A stretch of 64,000 bases of DNA, taken from NCBI GenBank assembly GCA_946546945.1, contig CAMNOU010000012.1, positions 24,014 through 88,013 of the forward strand. The letters are read 5' to 3'. A program made the position numbers and the translations under genes. Within the stretch, counting starts at the first letter, position 1. Each line of letters starts with the position of its first letter. The notes beneath the pieces are model-generated. The model was not told where the DNA came from and ran no database searches. It was given only the letters and a program-made list of their open reading frames with translations. The DNA is from an uncultured Lachnospiraceae bacterium. GTDB taxonomy: Bacteria > Bacillota > Clostridia > Lachnospirales > Lachnospiraceae. This document shows, piece by piece, positions 29,532-39,296 of this stretch.

Positions 29532-29846
29532 TTACCGCTCTCCTCCGGCCGCAATGATCTTTTCAAGGCCGGACATCAGCAGTATTTTCTGTACCCGTTC
29601 ATTCATATTCTCCGCCAGAATCTTTCCGCCGGAAAAATGCATATTCCGGTACCTCCCGAGAATGACCCCGATTCCGGAACTGTCCATAAAACTGGTAGCC
29701 CGGAAATCAAAAACAATCCTGCGTATATGATAGGTGTCGACCAGCAGATCCGTCTCCTCCTGGATCTGCTCGGCAATATGATGATCCAGCTCCTTCGGCA
29801 GCACTACCCTCAGCTCGATCCCGTTGATTCTGTATTCACATTCCAT
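29532..29846 (-). CDS. spoIIAA: anti-sigma F factor antagonist SpoIIAA (STAS domain)
   Basis: 104 aa. The STAS fold carries the phosphorylatable FMDSSGIGVILGRY motif. Confidence 0.92.
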   Translation of the reverse strand: MECEYRINGIELRVVLPKELDHHIAEQIQEETDLLVDTYHIRRIVFDFRATSFMDSSGIGVILGRYRNMHFSGGKILAENMNERVQKILLMSGLEKIIAAGGER

Positions 29847-29877
29847 ATTTTCCTATGCCTCCTGATGAAATATTTGG

Positions 29878-29918
29878 ATAAAAAAAAGACGTCTTCTCCC
29901 ATATGGATCAAACGTCTT
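29878..29918 (-). terminator. rho-independent terminator after the TPR gene
   Basis: Minus strand AAGACGU-19 nt-ACGUCUU followed by UUUUUUUU. Confidence 0.6.
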
Positions 29919-29924
29919 TCGTAA

Positions 29925-31346
29925 TCAGTTTTCTTCTGTGTTATTCTCCGCTTCTCCCGGAACGGTGTATCCCTCTTCTTCCAGACCCGAGGCCATGCTT
30001 CTTGATATTCCGCGCATACTGTCCGAACCTGTATTTTCTATGGTAACCCTGAACCATCTGAGCGCTTCCGGATAATTTCCTTCGTAATTGTAAGCGAAGG
30101 CAAGGAAATAGGCAGCCTGCGCATTTTCATAGGCGGGATCGCTTTCGGTCACCTGCTGCAGTTTCTCAATCGCTCCGGCATAATCCTTTCTCTCATAGAG
30201 GCGCTGCCCCTCGTCAAACAGATTCTTCATCATCTGTGCATGAATATTAGTCTGAATGTCATCAAACAGGCGCTGTGCCGATTCATCCAGCAGTTCCCGG
30301 TCAACAGAACCCATCAGCTCACCTGCCCTGGTGTAATCATTGTCCGCATACGGTACATAGGCAGCCAGCAGACTATTGTAGGATTCGGATCTTTTCTGTG
30401 CTTCGGCTGTTTTCGCATTCGCATCCTCCACCTGCTGCTGGAGCGATGCCACTTCATCTTCCAGACTGCTGATCGCCTGTTCCTTGGCCGAAATGGTCTG
30501 ATTGGCCTCCACCACCTGTCCGTTGGCCTGTGTATGGGCACGCTGGCGGATCTCCGGTATGATCAGGAAAGAAACAACGGCAATTCCGATTGCAGCTCCG
30601 ATCAGGAGGTTGATGACCGTCCGGAGAGCGGTGTGGTCTGAAAAGATCGCCGGGCGGATAATCGTCTCATTTCCGCTGACATATTTCAGGATCTCGTCAT
30701 CATCCTTCTTTTCTTTTTCGCTTCCGGTATCCTTCAGATGCTGTCTGCATTCCCGGATATAAGCAAGCGCATCCGTATTGTTGACATCAATTTTCTGCGC
30801 CGCCCGCAAAGAACGGATGGCCAGATCATAGCGCTGTGTCTGCATGTACAAAAGGCCCAGAAGAAGGTGCCCCTTGACCATCTTCGGGTTTGCCGAAAGA
30901 ACCTTCTTCAGCTGAATCACAGCCATGTCATAATTTCCCTGTCTGCAATAGCTCACAGCCTGATTGTACTTCCGGATCGTCTGATTCATGCTTTTCAGCC
31001 GTGAGGAACTGCGCTGAACCTGCGCCAGATACCCGGAAGCCGGATTATCCTGCGGAGTGATGCTCTTGCTGATCACCCATTCACTGAGCGCACTGACCGT
31101 CTCTCCCATTTCGTAATAAATCAGTCCCAGAAGATTTCTGGCCTTCATATTTGCTTTGTTATAGCGCAGGCTCATGTTCAGATCATTGGCGGCACCGCTC
31201 AGATCCCTGACCCTGGCTTTTTTCAGTCCTTCATTATAGAGGTACTCGGAGATACTGCTGACTCTCTTCCATACCCTTACATCAGCACCGCACTCCGGAC
31301 ATTTGCCCGTAAAATCGAGCGATGCATTGCAATAATAACATCTCAT
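29925..31346 (-). CDS. zinc-ribbon / TPR-repeat membrane protein
   Basis: 473 aa. N-terminal CxxC...CPxC ribbon, TPR block, single TM helix (LLIGAAIGIAVVSFLII), a coiled coil, and a second TPR block. Confidence 0.75.
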   Translation of the reverse strand: MRCYYCNASLDFTGKCPECGADVRVWKRVSSISEYLYNEGLKKARVRDLSGAANDLNMSLRYNKANMKARNLLGLIYYEMGETVSALSEWVISKSITPQDNPASGYLAQVQRSSSRLKSMNQTIRKYNQAVSYCRQGNYDMAVIQLKKVLSANPKMVKGHLLLGLLYMQTQRYDLAIRSLRAAQKIDVNNTDALAYIRECRQHLKDTGSEKEKKDDDEILKYVSGNETIIRPAIFSDHTALRTVINLLIGAAIGIAVVSFLIIPEIRQRAHTQANGQVVEANQTISAKEQAISSLEDEVASLQQQVEDANAKTAEAQKRSESYNSLLAAYVPYADNDYTRAGELMGSVDRELLDESAQRLFDDIQTNIHAQMMKNLFDEGQRLYERKDYAGAIEKLQQVTESDPAYENAQAAYFLAFAYNYEGNYPEALRWFRVTIENTGSDSMRGISRSMASGLEEEGYTVPGEAENNTEEN

Positions 31347-31358
31347 CTTAAGCCTCCG

Positions 31359-31496
31359 CTAATTTCTGGATTCCCGCAGCATTTCCTGCAGAATATCCAT
31401 CAGGTCAGTCAGGTCGCGGTTGTAAATGGCATCCTCGGCATCATCAATTTCCATGCTCATCTCATACTTTTTTAACTCTTCTTCAAAATCTATCAT
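31359..31496 (-). CDS. unannotated 45-aa acidic protein
   Basis: MIDFEEELKKYEMSMEIDDAEDAIYNRDLTDLMDILQEMLRESRN. AAAGGAG lies 7 nt upstream. The start overlaps the folC 3' end by 14 nt, and the stop is 12 nt before the TPR gene. Below the ORF-track size cutoff. Confidence 0.5.
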   Translation of the reverse strand: MIDFEEELKKYEMSMEIDDAEDAIYNRDLTDLMDILQEMLRESRN

Positions 31497-32808
31497 ATCG
31501 ATTCTCCTTTATCATTTCCAGCAATGCCCCGATAAAATACAGGGATCCTGTACAAAAAACCTTCTGTCCCGGCTGCTTCGTCCCCTGCAGGGCCTGAAAA
31601 GCTTTCGCATAATCCGCATAGCCAAAGACCGGGCAGGCCGCTGATTCCTCAAACAATGCCTTCAGCTCTCCGAAAGGTGTCCCCCGTTCGCCGGGTATGG
31701 ATGTCACATAGACCGCCTTCCAGGGCACCCGTTCCGTCAGTAAGCGGACAGCCGTCTGAATATCTTTATCCCGCACCATGGAAAAAAGAAGCAGCGGGGG
31801 CAGAGCATCCTCCGCAGTCAGGCGTCTCACTGCGTCGGCAAACACAGTAATGCCGGCTGCATTATGCGCTCCGTCAAAAAAGACATCCGGAACCACTTCC
31901 TGCATGCGTCCGGGCCAGACGGATAAAAGCAGTCCCTGCTGCCAGGATGCATCCGTAAGCGCATTGCCGGGCATCTGCAGCAGCAGACGCATTGCCGTGA
32001 CCGCAAGTGCAGCATTCTTTACCTGATATGCGGCTCCAAACGGGATCCTCCACTTTGTTTTACTATCATAATCAGTTGAAAGGAAAAAATCAATATAATT
32101 CTTGTTTATTTCATGAATCTCAATCATTTTATCCGAAATCCCGATGCAGCGGCATCCGAGCTCGTCCGCCCGCTTTTCAATCACTTCCGCAGCTTCTTCG
32201 CTGTTCCTGTCGAATACGACCGGTACCTGTTTTTTCAGGATACCTGCTTTCTCCCCCGCGATCTCTGCAATCGTGTCTCCGAGAATCTCTGTGTGCTCCA
32301 GGCTGATTGAAGTAATGATGGCCAGCAGCGGATCCGGAAAGCTGTTCGTAGCATCCAGCCGTCCTCCAAGTCCTGTCTCCAGAACGACATACTCCACATC
32401 AGCCCTCTCAAATATTACCATGCCCATGGCAAAAATAAACTCGAAGAAGGTCGGATGATTTTTTTTATTTTGGACAAGTTCCTCTGCTGCCGAGCGAACT
32501 TTGCGGAATGCATACAGAAAACTTTCATCATCGACCTGTGCTCCGTTCATCTGAAAACGCTCATTGATCTCCACAAGGTGAGGAGATGTAAACAGAGCCG
32601 TCTTCTTCCCGGAGCTTAACAGCATATGATAAATAAAACAGCAGACGCTCCCCTTTCCGTTGCTGCCTGCAACGTGGATCACTTTTTTGTGCAGGCACGG
32701 ATTGCCCAGGAGCTCCATCAGTTCCCGGGTATGGTCCAGACTGTTCTTCGTTGTAAATTTCGGTGTGGCATAGAGAAAATCTACCGCAGCCTTCATCTCT
32801 TTATTCAT
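31483..32808 (-). CDS. folC: bifunctional folylpolyglutamate synthase / dihydrofolate synthase
   Basis: Mur-ligase P-loop HVAGSNGKGS. The ATG at 32808 (MNKEMKAAVDFLY) follows CAGGAG. Lies downstream of valS, as in Bacillus. Confidence 0.92.
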   Translation of the reverse strand: MNKEMKAAVDFLYATPKFTTKNSLDHTRELMELLGNPCLHKKVIHVAGSNGKGSVCCFIYHMLLSSGKKTALFTSPHLVEINERFQMNGAQVDDESFLYAFRKVRSAAEELVQNKKNHPTFFEFIFAMGMVIFERADVEYVVLETGLGGRLDATNSFPDPLLAIITSISLEHTEILGDTIAEIAGEKAGILKKQVPVVFDRNSEEAAEVIEKRADELGCRCIGISDKMIEIHEINKNYIDFFLSTDYDSKTKWRIPFGAAYQVKNAALAVTAMRLLLQMPGNALTDASWQQGLLLSVWPGRMQEVVPDVFFDGAHNAAGITVFADAVRRLTAEDALPPLLLFSMVRDKDIQTAVRLLTERVPWKAVYVTSIPGERGTPFGELKALFEESAACPVFGYADYAKAFQALQGTKQPGQKVFCTGSLYFIGALLEMIKENRYDRF

Positions 32809-32856
32809 GCAAACTCCTGTCAAAAACAGACGGCAGCGTCTGCTGCCGTCAGTTGG

Positions 32857-35502
32857 TTACTGTATCTGTGCCAGACGTGCTTCTACATCTGCCATCATCT
32901 GTTTATATTTTTCCAGTTTTTCCTTTTCGGCTTCTACTTTATCGGCAGGCGCCTTGCTTATGAACTTCTCATTGCTCAGCATGCCGTTGGAACGGGCGAG
33001 CTCTTTTTCCAGTTTCGCTTTCTCTTTTTCCAGCCGCTCCTTCTCCTTCGCCATATCTACCAGCTCATCCAGCGGAATATACACAACGGCATTCGGGATG
33101 ACAACAGAAACGGCGGTTTCCGGTATCCCGGTCTTGTCCGTCTGAATCGTAATGCCGCTGGCAGAGATCAGGGTCTGATAAGTTGTCTTCATATCCCTGT
33201 AGATGCCGGCCAGCTTTTCATCTGCAGTCACAATAAAGCAGGCAGCCTTTCTTGCCGGAGGAACATTCATTCCCGAACGTGTCGTGCGGACGGCCGTTAC
33301 CAGTGTCCTGACCGCTTCCATTGCCTCTGCTTCTTTCGGGAAATCCCGGCTTTCTGTGAATACAGGCCAGTCAGAAAGCATGATCGTCTCCTCTTCCGGG
33401 CAGAGCGTGCAGAAAATCTCCTCTGTAATAAAAGGCATAAAAGGATGCAGCATTTTCAGAGCATCTGAAAGAACCGTCTTCAGGACCCAGAGAGCTGTGT
33501 TCGCTGCCGCCGCATCTTCCTCCTTTTTGTACAGACGCACCTTCGCGATCTCGATATACCAGTCGCAGAATTCCTCCCATATGAAATCACAGACCTTCTG
33601 AACCGCAATTCCCAGTTCATATTTATCCATGTTTTCGGTGACATCTTTTGCCAGTGTGTTGACTCTGGAAAGGATCCATTTGTCTGCCGGGAGAAGCTGA
33701 TCATCCGACGGTTTCTCAGGCTGCGCGTCTCCCAGGTTCATCATAATGAAACGGGACGCATTCCACACCTTGTTCGCGAAATTCCTGCTGGCTTCCACAC
33801 GTTCCCAGTAAAAACGCATGTCATTTCCGGGCGCATTGCCAGTCATCAGCGTCAGCCGGAGCGCATCCGCGCCGTATTTGTCAATGACCTCCAGCGGATC
33901 GATGCCGTTTCCGAGAGATTTACTCATCTTCCGTCCCTGTGAATCACGCACAAGCCCGTGAATCAGTACGGTATGGAAGGGTTCGGTACCGGTCTGTTCC
34001 AATGCGGAAAATACCATACGGATTACCCAGAAAAAGATAATATCATAACCGGTCACCAGCACATCTGTCGGGTAGAAATACTTCAGGTCTTCCGTTTCTT
34101 CCGGCCATCCGAGCGTAGAAAACGGCCAGAGTGCTGAGGAAAACCAGGTATCCAGCGTATCCTCATCCTGAACCAGATGACTGCTGCCGCATTTCGGACA
34201 CTGATGGGGCGCCTCTTTCGCTACGATCATTTCCCCGCAGTCCCTGCAGTAATACGCAGGAATCTGGTGTCCCCACCAGAGCTGTCTGGAAATACACCAG
34301 TCACGGATTCCTTCCAGCCAGTGCAGATAGGTCTTGCCATAGTTTTCCGGTACGAACTGAAGCCTTCCGGATTTCAGGGATTCGATCGCCGGCTTCGCCA
34401 TTTCCTCCATCTTTACAAACCACTGCGGCTTGATCATGGGCTCTACGGTCGTCTTACAGCGGTCGTGGATCCCGACATTATGTACATGCTCTTCGATCCG
34501 GACCAGAAGTCCCAGTTCTTTGAGCTTCTCTACGATAGCTTTTCTGGCTTCATAGCGGTCCATGCCCTCATAAATGCCTCCATTGGCATTGATTGTGGCA
34601 TCATCATTCAGAATATTGATTTCCTCGAGACCATGGCGTTTGCCTACCTCAAAATCGTTCGGGTCATGAGCCGGCGTGATCTTTACACATCCGGTCCCGA
34701 AATCCTTATCTACATAAGGATCTGCGATCACCGGAATCTCACGGTTGACAATCGGAAGAATCAGAGTCTTTCCGATGAGATCCTGATATCTCTCATCGTC
34801 CGGATTTACGGCAACGGCCGTATCTCCAAGCATTGTCTCCGGACGGGTCGTCGCTATTTCAACAAATTTTCCTTCCTCTCCCGCAACCGGATAATTGATA
34901 TGCCAGAAATGTCCGTTTTGCTCTTCGTGCTCCACTTCCGCATCGGAGATCGAAGTCTGGCATACCGGACACCAGTTGATGATCCTGGATCCTTTATAAA
35001 TGTATCCCTTGTCAAACAGCCGTACAAAGACTTCTTTTACAGCGTTGGAGCATCCTTCATCCATGGTGAAGCGTTCTCTCTCCCAGTCCGCGGAAGATCC
35101 AAGCTTTTTCAGCTGTCTGACGATGCGTCCGCCATACTCCTTCTTCCAGTCCCATGCATATTTCAAAAACTCCTCACGGGTCAGATCTGCCTTCTCGATT
35201 CCTTTTTCTTTCAGGCTCTCGATCACCTTTACCTCTGTGGCAATAGCCGCATGGTCTGTCCCGGGCTGCCAGAGAGCGGAGTATCCCTGCATACGCTTAT
35301 AACGGATCAGGATATCCTGCATCGTATTATCCAGGGCATGTCCCATGTGCAGCTGTCCTGTAATATTGGGAGGCGGCATCACGATCGTGAAAGGTTTTCT
35401 GCTTCGGTCAGCCTCCGCATGAAAATAATGATTATCCTCCCATTTTTTATACAGTCTTTCCTCCAGCCCCTTCGGGTCATATGTCTTAGCCAGCTCTTTC
35501 AT
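32857..35502 (-). CDS. valS: valine--tRNA ligase
   Basis: 881 aa. HIGH-type motif [13 protein letters not shown], the KMSKS motif, and a C-terminal coiled coil. Confidence 0.97.
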   Translation of the reverse strand: MKELAKTYDPKGLEERLYKKWEDNHYFHAEADRSRKPFTIVMPPPNITGQLHMGHALDNTMQDILIRYKRMQGYSALWQPGTDHAAIATEVKVIESLKEKGIEKADLTREEFLKYAWDWKKEYGGRIVRQLKKLGSSADWERERFTMDEGCSNAVKEVFVRLFDKGYIYKGSRIINWCPVCQTSISDAEVEHEEQNGHFWHINYPVAGEEGKFVEIATTRPETMLGDTAVAVNPDDERYQDLIGKTLILPIVNREIPVIADPYVDKDFGTGCVKITPAHDPNDFEVGKRHGLEEINILNDDATINANGGIYEGMDRYEARKAIVEKLKELGLLVRIEEHVHNVGIHDRCKTTVEPMIKPQWFVKMEEMAKPAIESLKSGRLQFVPENYGKTYLHWLEGIRDWCISRQLWWGHQIPAYYCRDCGEMIVAKEAPHQCPKCGSSHLVQDEDTLDTWFSSALWPFSTLGWPEETEDLKYFYPTDVLVTGYDIIFFWVIRMVFSALEQTGTEPFHTVLIHGLVRDSQGRKMSKSLGNGIDPLEVIDKYGADALRLTLMTGNAPGNDMRFYWERVEASRNFANKVWNASRFIMMNLGDAQPEKPSDDQLLPADKWILSRVNTLAKDVTENMDKYELGIAVQKVCDFIWEEFCDWYIEIAKVRLYKKEEDAAAANTALWVLKTVLSDALKMLHPFMPFITEEIFCTLCPEEETIMLSDWPVFTESRDFPKEAEAMEAVRTLVTAVRTTRSGMNVPPARKAACFIVTADEKLAGIYRDMKTTYQTLISASGITIQTDKTGIPETAVSVVIPNAVVYIPLDELVDMAKEKERLEKEKAKLEKELARSNGMLSNEKFISKAPADKVEAEKEKLEKYKQMMADVEARLAQIQ

Positions 35503-35752
35503 ATTCTAAAGTCCTCACATTTCTTTTGGTATCATTCAATACTCGCGCCTGCGAGTATTGGTGCGGGATTCGGGTCCGCTTTAGCGGACATAATTCCAAT
35601 CCGAATCCCTGCACATCCTCGCGGAGCGTATATCAGATGGGAGATTGTACTCCCACTGATACGAAATTGTTGCTCCCACTTAATGTTCTACACATTTGAA
35701 GTGGGAGTCATCTCCCATCGGATATTATTTCTGCCTGTCCCTGTCTCATCCT
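35503..35752 (-). promoter_or_regulatory. structured valS leader without recognisable T-box
   Basis: Nested perfect hairpins (35535-35561; 35565-35573 with 35601-35609) and three UGGGAG / three CUCCCA boxes (35634-35719) that can pair in alternative ways. Confidence 0.5.
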
Positions 35753-36256
35753 CTAGCGGATAATATTCCCCAGAATACCATAAGAGACAATCGTCATGAT
35801 CACTGCCGCCAGGGCGATCCCCAGCAGTTCTGCCTTTATTGCTTTTTTTACATCAATATCCAGCAGCGCCGCGATCAGCGATCCGGTCCACGCACCGGTG
35901 CCCGGAAGCGGTATGCCGACAAAAAGAACCAATCCCCAGAACTCGTACTTTTCGATACGGTCTTTCCGGTTCATTGCTTTCTTCTCTAACTTTTCTACAA
36001 CAGGCTTCAGCAGCCTCGTTTTTTTAAGAAGCGCAAATATTTTTTTTATGAAAATCAGTATAAAGGGGATCGGAATGAAATTTCCGATCGCGCTGATCAC
36101 AATCCCCTTCCACATCGTTACATCCAGAAGAGACGCTGCCAGAATACCGCCGCGCAGTTCCAGAATCGGAAACAGCGATATAATGAATACCAGCATTTCC
36201 CTTGAAATGTGATGTCCGAGCGGACTGTTCACAAACCATGTTACAAGACTCTCCAT
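35753..36256 (-). CDS. small multidrug-export-like membrane protein (COG2426 type)
   Basis: 167 aa, 4 to 5 TM segments. FPILELRGGI and GIPLPGTGAWTG motifs are typical of this family. Confidence 0.75.
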   Translation of the reverse strand: MESLVTWFVNSPLGHHISREMLVFIISLFPILELRGGILAASLLDVTMWKGIVISAIGNFIPIPFILIFIKKIFALLKKTRLLKPVVEKLEKKAMNRKDRIEKYEFWGLVLFVGIPLPGTGAWTGSLIAALLDIDVKKAIKAELLGIALAAVIMTIVSYGILGNIIR

Positions 36257-36268
36257 ACAGTATCTCCC

Positions 36269-37333
36269 TTAACCTCTCTCAGATAAATAGGTGTCCAAAA
36301 ATTCCAGGAAAATATCCATCTGCCTGTCTGTGCCGATCGTAATCCGCAAATAGTTATCTATCCGCGGCTTCGCGAAGTACCGGACATAGATATCCTGTCT
36401 GCGCAGGGCCTCAAACAATTCCCGTGCCGGACAGCTTTCGTGTGTCACAAACAGGAAGTTGCTTCTGGAATCCCGGAACGAAAATCCCAGTTCCTTCAGG
36501 CGCAGCTTTGTCCGCTCTCTGGTCGCCACGATTTTCTGAATTGTTTTTTCAAAGTATTCCCGGTCTCTGACGGCAGCAACGCCTGTCACGATCGCGGTCT
36601 GATCCATGGTATAGGAATTAAAGGAATATTTGACATCATTCAGGTACCGGATCAGGTCAGGACTCGCCACTGCGTAGCCGATGCGCATCCCGGCCATTGA
36701 CCTGGATTTTGAAAACGTCTGAACCACGACCAGATTCTCATATTTTTCCAGAAGCGGAAGCGCCGAGACGGCCCCGAAATCCACATAGGCTTCATCCACG
36801 ATCACAATGACATCCGGATTATTCTTCAGAATCGTCTCAATCGTACTCTGCGGACACTCAACGCCCGTAGGCGCGTTGGGATTCGGGAAAACAATTCCTC
36901 CGTTTTCCACGGTATACCCCTGCGGCTGAATGTCAAAGTGCTCATCCAGCGGGACGGTCACATAGGGGATACGGAACACATCTGCCCAGACATCATAAAA
37001 GGAGTAGGTAATGTCCGGAAACAGGATCGGTTTCCCGCTGTTGAAAAATGTCATAAAACACATGGCGAGGACATCATCGGATCCCACGCCGGCAAACACC
37101 TGCTCCGGCTTCACTCCGAGTTCCTGTGCGATTGCTTCCACCAGATCTGACGCAGCCGGATCCGGGTACAGCCGCAGACGGTCAATATCCATTGCCTGCA
37201 GTGCCTTTTGCACACCGGGAGCGGGCGGGTACGGGTTTTCATTTGTATTCAGCTTGATCATCCTGTCCTTATTCGGCTGTTCGCCAGGCGTATAAGGCAC
37301 TACTTTTCGTATATTCTTTTCCCAGGCTCTCAT
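36269..37333 (-). CDS. hisC: histidinol-phosphate aminotransferase
   Basis: LNTNENPYPP motif and PLP-lysine context FSKSRSMAGMRIGY. The ATG at 37333 follows AGGAGG. Confidence 0.9.
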   Translation of the reverse strand: MRAWEKNIRKVVPYTPGEQPNKDRMIKLNTNENPYPPAPGVQKALQAMDIDRLRLYPDPAASDLVEAIAQELGVKPEQVFAGVGSDDVLAMCFMTFFNSGKPILFPDITYSFYDVWADVFRIPYVTVPLDEHFDIQPQGYTVENGGIVFPNPNAPTGVECPQSTIETILKNNPDVIVIVDEAYVDFGAVSALPLLEKYENLVVVQTFSKSRSMAGMRIGYAVASPDLIRYLNDVKYSFNSYTMDQTAIVTGVAAVRDREYFEKTIQKIVATRERTKLRLKELGFSFRDSRSNFLFVTHESCPARELFEALRRQDIYVRYFAKPRIDNYLRITIGTDRQMDIFLEFLDTYLSERG

Positions 37334-37350
37334 CTCATCCTCCTGCCCGG

Positions 37351-38385
37351 TCAGATCCACTGATCTGCCAGATCATAAATCAGCCTTTCGGTTTTTTCCC
37401 AGCCGAGGCAGGGATCTGTTATGGATTTCCCATAGGTCCCCTCATCGATCTCCTGGCGGCCATCCTCAATATAACTTTCGATCATGAGTCCCTTGACCAG
37501 CTTTCTGACATCCTTTGAGATCCGGCAGCTGTGCATCACATCATTACTGATGCGGATCTGCTCCAGATATTTTTTCCCGGAATTCGAGTGGTTCACATCG
37601 ACAATGACTGCCGGGTTTTCCAGATCCCGCTCGCCATAGAGCTGCAGGAGCTGCTGCAGATCCTCATAATGATAATTCGGATGATTCCTGCCATACTGAT
37701 CCACATATCCGCGTAAAATCGCGTGGGCATAGGAATTCCCTTTCGTCCTGACCTCCCAGCCGCGGTAAATATATGTATGCCCGCTCTGTGCGGCTACAAT
37801 AGAATTCATCATCACGGTCAGATCGCCCTCTGTCGGGTTCTTCATGCCGACAGGGATCCCGATCCCGCTGGCGGTAAGCCGGTGAAGCTGATCCTCTACA
37901 GAACGCGCTCCCACAGCCACATAGGCCAGCAGATCCGAAAGGTATCTGTGATTTTCCGGATAGAGCATCTCATCAGCGCATGTAAAGCCGGTCTCGTCTG
38001 CGGCGCGTCTGTGCAGCTGGCGGATCGCAATGATCCCTTTCACCATATCCTCCGCTTTATGCGGATCCGGCTGATGCAGCATCCCCTTATAACCCGTGCC
38101 GACCGTTCTCGGCTTGTTCGTATAGATGCGCGGGACGATAAAAATCCGGTCTGACACCCTGTCCTGCACCTTCCGCAGGCGTGTCAGATAATCGATGACT
38201 GCTTCTTCATTATCCGCGGAACACGGCCCGATCACGAGCAGCAGTTTATCCGAATTCCCGTTGAAGATATTGCGCAGTTCCTTCTGCCTGGCGGCAGCAA
38301 GTTCTCTGATCTCATCGCTGATCGGGTATTCTTTTTTTATATCCATCGGGATCGGCACCTTCCGGATAAATTCCATCTCCATCAT
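37351..38385 (-). CDS. 3-deoxy-7-phosphoheptulonate (DAHP) synthase, class I
   Basis: 344 aa. LLLVIGPCS...PRIYTNKPRT...GYKGML motifs of AroF/G/H-type enzymes. Confidence 0.9.
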   Translation of the reverse strand: MMEMEFIRKVPIPMDIKKEYPISDEIRELAAARQKELRNIFNGNSDKLLLVIGPCSADNEEAVIDYLTRLRKVQDRVSDRIFIVPRIYTNKPRTVGTGYKGMLHQPDPHKAEDMVKGIIAIRQLHRRAADETGFTCADEMLYPENHRYLSDLLAYVAVGARSVEDQLHRLTASGIGIPVGMKNPTEGDLTVMMNSIVAAQSGHTYIYRGWEVRTKGNSYAHAILRGYVDQYGRNHPNYHYEDLQQLLQLYGERDLENPAVIVDVNHSNSGKKYLEQIRISNDVMHSCRISKDVRKLVKGLMIESYIEDGRQEIDEGTYGKSITDPCLGWEKTERLIYDLADQWI

Positions 38386-38559
38386 AATACGTTCCTCGCT
38401 TCACTATTATGTCGCCTGAATGTTTTTCATGATAAACCCTTTCGGGTATATTTTCAACCAAAAATAAAAGAAATACTTGATTTTTTCCAATGAATGGGTA
38501 AAAATAGACTTTGTGCAGCAGATCCTTCATGATTATCTGCCCGGACAAAGGAGAATCGA

Positions 38560-39276
38560 ATGAAAGCCGTCCTGAATTTTTTTAAAACACGTAAACAATT
38601 GCTTCTGCTTTTGTATGCGGCTGTCTATATTCCCTGGTTTATCTACATTGAAAAGACAGTCACTGCCGGCTCCAGCTACCATATTATTCATATGGCTGTA
38701 GACGATATGATTCCGTTTTGTGAGTTTTTTGTAATCCCCTACTGCCTCTGGTTCGTGTACATGGGATTTACCATCGCTTATGTCCTGCTGTTTGACGGAC
38801 CGTCCAGTATCAGACTCGGAATCTTTCTGTATACCGGAATGACCCTTTTTCTGATTATATCGACGGTATACCCGAACGGGCACCAGCTTCGGCCGGACAG
38901 TTTTGTGCGGGACAACCTGTTCGTTCATATCACACAAAAGCTTTATGCGGCGGACACTCCTACCAATCTGTTCCCAAGCATCCACGTATACAATTCCCTT
39001 GGCTGCCACTTCACTCTGCTTCACTGCAAAAACATGGCAGAGAAAAAACACTGGGCCTGGGTAAGACCGGTATCCTGGATTCTGCTTGTGGGGATTACGT
39101 GTTCGACCCTTTTCCTGAAACAGCATTCCATGTTCGACGTGCTGACTGCCTTTATACTGGCTGCCGTCATGTATCTGGTGTGCTTCGGCCCTGTCGCTTC
39201 CGCTGCCGCGAAGATGACCGGCCGCAGAAAAGTTTTAAAAGAGACTGTTCAAAATTCGAAACAGGGACTGTGCTGA
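38560..39276 (+). CDS. PAP2-superfamily membrane phosphatase/transferase
   Basis: 238 aa, 6 TM segments. The FPSIHV and HSMFDV motifs resemble the PAP2_C type. Confidence 0.65.
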   Translation: MKAVLNFFKTRKQLLLLLYAAVYIPWFIYIEKTVTAGSSYHIIHMAVDDMIPFCEFFVIPYCLWFVYMGFTIAYVLLFDGPSSIRLGIFLYTGMTLFLIISTVYPNGHQLRPDSFVRDNLFVHITQKLYAADTPTNLFPSIHVYNSLGCHFTLLHCKNMAEKKHWAWVRPVSWILLVGITCSTLFLKQHSMFDVLTAFILAAVMYLVCFGPVASAAAKMTGRRKVLKETVQNSKQGLC

Positions 39277-39296
39277 AAAAGCACAGTCCCCTTTTT

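Noticed and set aside
34177-35763. 528-aa plus-strand ORF
   Set aside because: It is antisense to valS, whose HIGH and KMSKS motifs are unambiguous. This is a typical shadow ORF of a long gene.
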